In this document: positions 57,921 to 64,000 of the stretch, piece by piece
How the letters are laid out: each line of letters opens with the position of its first letter
How positions within the stretch are numbered: the first letter of the stretch is position 1
IMG/VR virus record: IMGVR_UViG_3300020045_008999
Span: 512,001-576,000 of that record
Length of the DNA stretch: 64,000 bases
DNA from: a virus
Taxonomy: Duplodnaviria; Heunggongvirae; Uroviricota; Caudoviricetes
Strand: one strand, 5' to 3'
Made by a program: the position numbers and the translations under genes
The notes under the pieces: model-generated
What the model saw: the letters and a program-made list of their open reading frames with translations, nothing else
What the model was told of the DNA's origin: nothing
Database searches by the model: none

Positions 57921-58454
57921 ATGAAAAGTCCACTCAATGGCAAGGAAATGTCTAAAATCTCAGAAGAATCTTCAATTAATTATAAAGGAAGAATCGTAAA
58001 ATATGCACATGTCTGTTTTCTATGTGATAGTAGTGGTAATAAATTTACTACCACTGAATTAGATGAAGGAAATCTACGAACAATTCATGAAAATTACAAT
58101 AAATTGAATCATGTAATCTATGTCGGTAGTCCATATTCTAATTCAGATGATTCAATTCGTATAAAAAACTTCGAGATTGTATCAAGGTACACTGCTAAAT
58201 TAATTGCAGCTGGACATACTGTGTTTAGTCCGATTTCATATGGTCATACAATGCTTGATTTTTGTGATATGCCAACAGATTTTAATTTTTGGAATAATTT
58301 CTGCTTAGCATTTTTATCAAAATGTGATGAATTGATTGTTTTAATGATTCCAGGCTGGGAAAAGTCAATTGGACTTACCGCTGAAATTAATTACTGTAAT
58401 GTGAATAACATACCGATAACATACATCAGCGTTGATGATGTACATAAATTATAA
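57921..58454 (+). CDS. DUF1937/nucleoside deoxyribosyltransferase-like protein with N-terminal Zn-ribbon-like domain
   Basis: IYVGSPYS, VFSPISYGH, CDELIVL-x2-PGWEKS-x-G-x2-AEI; N-terminus MKSPLNGKEM...CFLCDSSG-x2-FTT. Confidence 0.75.
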   Translation: MKSPLNGKEMSKISEESSINYKGRIVKYAHVCFLCDSSGNKFTTTELDEGNLRTIHENYNKLNHVIYVGSPYSNSDDSIRIKNFEIVSRYTAKLIAAGHTVFSPISYGHTMLDFCDMPTDFNFWNNFCLAFLSKCDELIVLMIPGWEKSIGLTAEINYCNVNNIPITYISVDDVHKL

Positions 58455-58457
58455 ACC

Positions 58458-58715
58458 ATGGACTACTCATTAATACTTATTATCATTCATTTTACATTTA
58501 CCATCATTTCAGTCATATTGAGCATCAATGAGGCACATAAGGGTTATTCTGTGAAAGATCTAATTTTGGACATCCTACTTTCAATGATTCCAATTATAAA
58601 TATTGTATACCCAATTTCCGTCTTTTATAAAAAATATATGGTGGATACGATCAATAAAATAAAAAGATTAATCGGTAATAAAAGTAAGATTTTTTTAAAT
58701 AAACCTATAAAATGA
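58458..58715 (+). CDS. Small membrane protein
   Basis: Two TM segments, IPIINI. Confidence 0.55.
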   Translation: MDYSLILIIIHFTFTIISVILSINEAHKGYSVKDLILDILLSMIPIINIVYPISVFYKKYMVDTINKIKRLIGNKSKIFLNKPIK

Positions 58716-58900
58716 ACACCATACTAACTAGATGGATCGTACTTGGTTAACTCGAGTGTAGTTTGGTATTGCTACCATATAGTATTTCTCCAATAATAAA
58801 GCTATATTTGCACAATAAACCTGTTCACTTTATTATACAAATAAAGGTTTATTATATTGATAACTAGTACATTATTATATAATTTATAACAATAATAAAA

Positions 58901-59266
58901 ATGGTCAACCGTATAACTAAAATAGAAATGTTGGAATCCGATAAACTTATTCTAGAATTCGGGACATACATTGTTTCTAATAATGACATAACTACGATTG
59001 AAAATTACTTTGTTCGCAATACTAAATTTAAAATAATTGACATTGTTCACCAAAAATACAATGGATATTCAAAAGTACATGATGCGTTTGTTGAGGATGA
59101 ATTAATAATAAAATTATCAGGACCAAATGGTGAATTATGGATTACTTACGAATCTAATTCCTTTTGGGAAAAATTTCATTTATTGAAACATGGTAATAAG
59201 CGAATTACATTGTTTGGATATACTATTGATATTTATAAATCAAACCCATTAAATAAATCAAATTAA
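58901..59266 (+). CDS. Hypothetical protein
   Basis: 121 aa. Confidence 0.55.
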   Translation: MVNRITKIEMLESDKLILEFGTYIVSNNDITTIENYFVRNTKFKIIDIVHQKYNGYSKVHDAFVEDELIIKLSGPNGELWITYESNSFWEKFHLLKHGNKRITLFGYTIDIYKSNPLNKSN

Positions 59267-59268
59267 AC

Positions 59269-59481
59269 ATGACAGATCGAATTAAAGGATTTACCGTAAT
59301 TTTAGAACATGATATACGAGTTGACGACGTCCAGGGGCTAATGGAAGCAATGTGTATGTTAAAAGGGGTGTCAGAGGTGATTCCTAGTACAGCAACACCC
59401 GATGATCACATGAATCGTGCCAGGGTAAGAGGTGAGTTCAGAAATAAACTTATCGATTTCCTAAATGATCAAATTACCTAA
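59269..59481 (+). CDS. Hypothetical phage protein
   Basis: MTDRIKGFTVILEHDIR-x-DD. Confidence 0.6.
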   Translation: MTDRIKGFTVILEHDIRVDDVQGLMEAMCMLKGVSEVIPSTATPDDHMNRARVRGEFRNKLIDFLNDQIT

Positions 59482-59499
59482 ACCAACATTCTTTCTATA

Positions 59500-59991
59500 A
59501 TGATTATATTATTAGACATCGATGGTGTTTTGGTAACTACCCCACCTTGGAAAAAAGTTAATTTATTGGATGATGGGTTTATGGAATTTAATCACATCTC
59601 AACGCAACTATTATTAAAATTGTATGAAAAAACAAATGCTGAAATAGTACTAACCACATCGCACCGTATCAATTATTCAGTTGATCAATGGGAAAAGATA
59701 TTTCGGTATAGGGGTTTGCCATTTAAGACTATTTCTAAAATAAATGAAGTGGTCGATGTTCAAAAAATTGGCAGACGTAGTTGTGAAATTAATGAGTGGG
59801 TAACAAAGTATGGATTCGATAAAAATTATGTCATAATTGATGATGATTTATCGATTAATTCATTATCGCTAAGCATAACAAGTCGCACTGTACATACATC
59901 ACTAATGGTTGGATTTGATGAGGCAGCATATGATAAAGCATTTAAAATATTAAATTATGAAATTATGGAATCGTCCCCTACCAAAATTTAA
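59500..59991 (+). CDS. HAD-superfamily domain protein (Swiss-Army-Knife RNA-repair HAD-like)
   Basis: LLDIDGVL, IVLTTSHR, YVIIDDD. Confidence 0.8.
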   Translation: MIILLDIDGVLVTTPPWKKVNLLDDGFMEFNHISTQLLLKLYEKTNAEIVLTTSHRINYSVDQWEKIFRYRGLPFKTISKINEVVDVQKIGRRSCEINEWVTKYGFDKNYVIIDDDLSINSLSLSITSRTVHTSLMVGFDEAAYDKAFKILNYEIMESSPTKI

Positions 59992-60184
59992 TCTACGAAG
60001 ATTTGTATCAGATTCATTATACGAATGGATGCTGGACCACCTACCTCGCCGATTAATGTTCTATAAAAAATCTATTGATAGTCAACACACTATGTGGTTT
60101 CCTAGATATGGTCTAACCAAGGGTCAGATTGATGCGGCCAAGTTAGAAGCGGATAGAAAATACAATCAAATAAAATTCAAATAG
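59957..60184 (+). CDS. Hypothetical protein
   Basis: 75 aa, overlaps the upstream gene. Confidence 0.45.
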   Translation: MKLWNRPLPKFNLRRFVSDSLYEWMLDHLPRRLMFYKKSIDSQHTMWFPRYGLTKGQIDAAKLEADRKYNQIKFK

Positions 60185-60322
60185 TTGGTTCTGCTATGGT
60201 AAGTAGCGGAAAAATAAAAACAATCTTTCGGTTATGACCGAAAATAACAAGTACAAACAAATTATTGAATTTAACCCAATGATCGGTTTTATTATAACAG
60301 TTGTTAACAAATCGTTTTTATT

Positions 60323-60616
60323 ATGAAGTTAAAAGTAGAAAACAAAACAATATTTAAAGTTGATTACAATGACTTTGATGAATTTGTAACAGAAATTTAC
60401 GGTGGCAACTTTGAATTTGTTGCTGGCCACGAAGCAAATAATTATACACAATTCGAGTTTTCAGCTCCAAATATGAATATGGATTTTCGTGGAGAATATG
60501 AGGCAAAAATAAGAAATGGAAATTTTAATGACGTACCAGTTCACGCTCTATTTAATGTACTGTTTAAAGACGGACATATTGAAAAAGGAGATTACTTAAT
60601 AGATGTTTCTTGGTAA
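60323..60616 (+). CDS. Hypothetical protein
   Basis: 97 aa ending GDYLIDVSW; imperfect inverted flanks. Confidence 0.65.
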   Translation: MKLKVENKTIFKVDYNDFDEFVTEIYGGNFEFVAGHEANNYTQFEFSAPNMNMDFRGEYEAKIRNGNFNDVPVHALFNVLFKDGHIEKGDYLIDVSW

Positions 60617-60633
60617 AATGTTTGCTAATAACC

Positions 60634-61491
60634 TTATTTGCGCAACTGTTCGATTAACATATCTATCATATCACGATCGCGTCTTTCTGATTTGTGTTTT
60701 TTTGCAATATCTGAAATCAATAGTAATACCACCACACTAAACACCACCATTATTATAATGGTGCCCATTATATAATTTATCAAATTTTCTTGAATGGTTT
60801 TTGATATTTTTTGATATTCTATAAAATTTGCTTCAAATTTCTCAACCGAGTATATGTTTAAAATTGCATTTATTTCTAGATTTAATTCATTGTTCTCTTT
60901 AATCAATGAATTTAAACTGGATGAATTTTTTAATATAACTCGATTGTATTCATTATTAAATAATTTTATACTTATATCATCATATTTTTTAGTGATGGTA
61001 TCATATTCAATCTTAGTTTTGAATATTCCTTTTTTAACGGTTTTACCCACTACTTGTATTGTTTTATTATACATCACACCGTCCAAGTTCATCAGTGCAC
61101 CATTGAAGTTTGCAATTTTAGTAAATACTATAATTTTACGACCCAACAGAGAATCAATTTTAGCGGAACGCAAACTGTCGATGTCTAACTTAGCCTTCAG
61201 TATCGCAATGGAATCAACATCCTGTGAGAGAGTGCGGTATTTATTGCGTTTATCCAAACATTTTGATAAGATTTTATTGTTCAGTTCAACGATGTTGTAA
61301 TTAATATTTGAAATTTCTACCATTTCCCGCTCATTTTGGGTTATACTATCAATCAATTGTGTATTTCTATCCATAGAAGATGTTACATATGTCGATCCAT
61401 ACACGGTAATACACACTAATAGGATGGATAATATAATGACTTTCGCATTCATAAAAGTGACCACGCTTAATATAGATAATATTTTTTTCAT
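60634..61491 (-). CDS. Two-TM membrane protein with helical extracytoplasmic domain
   Basis: TM, about 200 aa helical region, TM, short tail. Confidence 0.6.
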   Translation of the reverse strand: MKKILSILSVVTFMNAKVIILSILLVCITVYGSTYVTSSMDRNTQLIDSITQNEREMVEISNINYNIVELNNKILSKCLDKRNKYRTLSQDVDSIAILKAKLDIDSLRSAKIDSLLGRKIIVFTKIANFNGALMNLDGVMYNKTIQVVGKTVKKGIFKTKIEYDTITKKYDDISIKLFNNEYNRVILKNSSSLNSLIKENNELNLEINAILNIYSVEKFEANFIEYQKISKTIQENLINYIMGTIIIMVVFSVVVLLLISDIAKKHKSERRDRDMIDMLIEQLRK

Positions 61492-61576
61492 ATGTTATAT
61501 ATTAAATAACTGAAAACTAATTTATACGTTTTTAATATTGTCCGAGATTAGTATAGTGAAATATTATTAAAAAAAT

Positions 61577-62341
61577 TTATTTCAATATCGGCATTGCTAC
61601 TTTTTCTACAAAATCTTTCATATCCTGAATGTTTATAGTACTTAATGTATCATTCTTGGTATGGCAATAATATAACATCTTAGTGGATAACACATTCCCG
61701 TTGTATATTAATAGGTTTTTGTCTAATAAATCCCCCGGGGATGCTTCTCTTAAAATTGGGGCCGGGTTAATCACTACGGAATCAATATTATTACTTCTGA
61801 AAATAATACTATCATTAAAGGGGGTTTGTAATACTGGACAATTAAACATGGTTTTAATATGGTCCATTAGTGGTCCGGGATAATTACCGATGAAAAAATT
61901 CTCACCCCCACATCCGGTTAGTTCTAAATTCAAAACCCACTTTATGGTCCCAAATTTACCATCGTTAATGTGATCGGATAATTGTTGTGACCCAAACCCA
62001 CCAAGTTCTTCACCGTCTAACAATCCCACATTAATCTCGGGCATTAATTTCTTTAGCATAATAGCGTTTATGATAGAGGCAGAATTGTCATTTGCATTAT
62101 CTGTGGTCGGATTCATCACATCATGATGGGCTACTACAAATTTATCAGAGCTTCCAATTAAATAAATATTAAAATACTTACTATTCGGATTTCTAGAATC
62201 AAATATGTCTAGTTCATATGGAATGTTTTCAGATTTTAATAAATCAATTATGAATAGAACTCGTTCAGTTGGAGCCAATGTGTTATAGAAACAGTTTCCG
62301 CTATTGCGAACTTTACAAAATTCATTTATCTTGGAATACAT
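61577..62341 (-). CDS. M28 family metallopeptidase
   Basis: VAHHD, NANDNSAS, DGEELGGFGS, LNLE, YCHT-x2-D. Confidence 0.85.
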   Translation of the reverse strand: MYSKINEFCKVRNSGNCFYNTLAPTERVLFIIDLLKSENIPYELDIFDSRNPNSKYFNIYLIGSSDKFVVAHHDVMNPTTDNANDNSASIINAIMLKKLMPEINVGLLDGEELGGFGSQQLSDHINDGKFGTIKWVLNLELTGCGGENFFIGNYPGPLMDHIKTMFNCPVLQTPFNDSIIFRSNNIDSVVINPAPILREASPGDLLDKNLLIYNGNVLSTKMLYYCHTKNDTLSTINIQDMKDFVEKVAMPILK

Positions 62342-62369
62342 AATGATCTTTTTTTTTTACAAATAAATA

Positions 62370-62396
62370 AAACTTTACACAATATTTATGTTATAA
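62370..62396 (+). promoter_or_regulatory. Bipartite phage promoter-like motif AAACTTT-N15-TATAA
   Basis: Exact motif upstream of dnaJ. Confidence 0.65.
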
Positions 62397-62425
62397 TATA
62401 TATTAAAAAATGTAACCCATAAAAA

Positions 62426-63451
62426 ATGAATTACTACGAAATACTAGAAGTTGATAAAAATGCATCAACTGATGAAATTAAAAAGGCATATCGTAAAATG
62501 GCAAAATTGCACCATCCGGACAAAGGTGGTGATGAATTTCTATTTAAGCAAATAAATGAGGCATATAATGTGTTATCGGATCCTGGTGAGAAAGCTAAAT
62601 ATGATCGATATGGATCAGTTGGTGATCAAAGCCATGGATTTGACATGAACGATATGTTTGGAAATTTTAATGAAATGTTTACTAATTTTTCAGGATTTGG
62701 TAACCAACGACAAACTAGAAAGGTCGGCAGAAATGTCCAGGTAAATATTCCAGTTGAAATCAATGACGTGATATTTGGTAAATCACAAACTATCAAATAT
62801 ACAAGACAAGAAAAATGTGGAGGCTGTTCTGGGGCGGGTGGCACTAATAAACAAACCTGTACTAGTTGCAGAGGATCTGGTATGGGTATTAAACGCAAAC
62901 AGACTCCGTTCGGAATACTTGACATACAAACAACCTGTGATTTGTGTGACGGGAGTGGTGACCAGGTACTAGACATTTGTGGGACATGTTCCGGAACAGG
63001 TGCAATTGCTAACGAAGTAAGTGTTGACATTGAGATACCCGGTGGTGTGGGTACTGGTAGTGTTATGAGTGTCCCATTAAAAGGGGATTATGTCAGAAAT
63101 GGGGAATATGGAAGTTTATTAATAAATATTGAGGAAATTCCGTCTCCTAATGTCATACGAGATACATTTGATATTTTAATCAAACTAAACATATCAATTG
63201 CAACTGCTGTTCTAGGTGGGGATGTATCAATTGATACACCACACGGTGATATCGCAATATATGTTGAACCTGGAACCGGTGGAGGCCATCATTATGAATA
63301 TACTGGCAAGGGAATACCCCAAATTGATAATAATGGGAATGTATATGGATATGGTGACATGTTGATAATTTCAGAAATAACAATACCAACCAAATTATCT
63401 ACCGCTGAAAATGAATTATTTATAAAATTAAAAAACCTAGAAAATGGATAA
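62426..63451 (+). CDS. dnaJ: DnaJ chaperone
   Basis: J-domain HPD, G/F linker, four CxxCxGxG repeats, C-terminal domain. Confidence 0.95.
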   Translation: MNYYEILEVDKNASTDEIKKAYRKMAKLHHPDKGGDEFLFKQINEAYNVLSDPGEKAKYDRYGSVGDQSHGFDMNDMFGNFNEMFTNFSGFGNQRQTRKVGRNVQVNIPVEINDVIFGKSQTIKYTRQEKCGGCSGAGGTNKQTCTSCRGSGMGIKRKQTPFGILDIQTTCDLCDGSGDQVLDICGTCSGTGAIANEVSVDIEIPGGVGTGSVMSVPLKGDYVRNGEYGSLLINIEEIPSPNVIRDTFDILIKLNISIATAVLGGDVSIDTPHGDIAIYVEPGTGGGHHYEYTGKGIPQIDNNGNVYGYGDMLIISEITIPTKLSTAENELFIKLKNLENG

Positions 63452-64000
63452 ATTGTTTATGTTAGAAGTTGGAGTGATAAGTAGAACTCTAAGTTCACTA
63501 TCGGCAACAGATATAATTGAAATGCTTAAAAGTAATCCAATTAGAACATTGCAACAATATCATTTTAGCGATTCTGATTTGTTTAAGTATCGAAAAAATA
63601 TACCGTTGGATGTTATGATAGATCAGAATATGACAGAGGAATTGTTCTGTAATTTGTTGGATGATTGTTACTTATCTCCTGATGATATAAAGAACTTGAA
63701 TATGACGACATATTCTAATTTAAAAGAAAGTACCATTGATCAATACATCGATTATATAAATTTTGAGAAACTTGGGTTTTATTTAATAGCTGATGATAAT
63801 TTCAACGTAATTAAATATGAAAAACAGTTAAATTCCGATCGTTCGTTGGAATTTTGGGAAATATTTTCCACAATAAATTTACCAATTGAACTTTTGGAAA
63901 AATATAAAGAATTTATCATTTGGGATTTATTTTTTACAACTAATCCAATTACAAATGATATACAGAATAAGTTTGCTGATATTGTAGAAGAACATTACCT
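63444..64000 (+). CDS. Hypothetical helical-repeat protein, partial
   Basis: Own translation: ATG at 63444, MDKLFMLEV... open to window end; LLEKYKEFIIWD-type repeats. Confidence 0.6.
   Translation, partial: MDKLFMLEVGVISRTLSSLSATDIIEMLKSNPIRTLQQYHFSDSDLFKYRKNIPLDVMIDQNMTEELFCNLLDDCYLSPDDIKNLNMTTYSNLKESTIDQYIDYINFEKLGFYLIADDNFNVIKYEKQLNSDRSLEFWEIFSTINLPIELLEKYKEFIIWDLFFTTNPITNDIQNKFADIVEEHY

Noticed and set aside
597-63389. Many short antisense or nested ORFs (e.g. 2914, 7913, 20360, 22725, 34276, 45066, 60854, 62626)
   Set aside because: They lie opposite or inside well-supported genes and have no motifs; shadow ORFs
1-64000. Stop-codon reassignment as in Lak or some crAss-like phages
   Set aside because: Long conserved genes (ClpC, Cas3, ThyA, DnaJ) are intact in the standard code, and TAG and TGA end genes at sensible positions
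1-64000. tRNA, rRNA or transposase/integrase genes
   Set aside because: No cloverleaf/T-loop signature or recombinase motif recognised; intergenic gaps are short and mostly explained by terminators and promoters

Overview
AT-rich (roughly 30% GC by eye), densely coding segment of a large T4-like/jumbo tailed phage, read in the standard genetic code. The host is most likely a Bacteroidota species: recurrent TAnnTTTG promoters, Bacteroidota-type tail fibre modules and a Bacteroidota-like ClpC point that way. The window encodes tail fibres, a gp13-like neck protein, a tail-tube-like protein, a gp32-like SSB, RuvC, ThyA, a NUDIX hydrolase, an alarmone-hydrolase-like HD protein, ClpC/GrpE/DnaJ, an RM-like helicase-MTase-nuclease trio and many small hypothetical proteins. 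The main finding is a compact phage-encoded type I CRISPR-Cas locus (47651-54989) of hybrid make-up: stand-alone Cas3, Cas7fv- and Cas5fv-like subunits (type I-F2/I-Fv, no Cas8), a non-Cas6f Cas6, and no cas1/cas2. Its array has about 29 repeats with a 36-nt repeat and 30-nt spacers; the repeat sequence resembles class 2 (VI-B/II-C) repeats, and a duplicated 95-nt block splits the array. Also visible are three distinct promoter-like motif classes and two short peptide motifs (an N-terminal capsid-targeting-like motif and a C-terminal R-x3-I-x2-IL) shared by unrelated proteins. All family assignments come from motifs recognised by eye; no searches were run.
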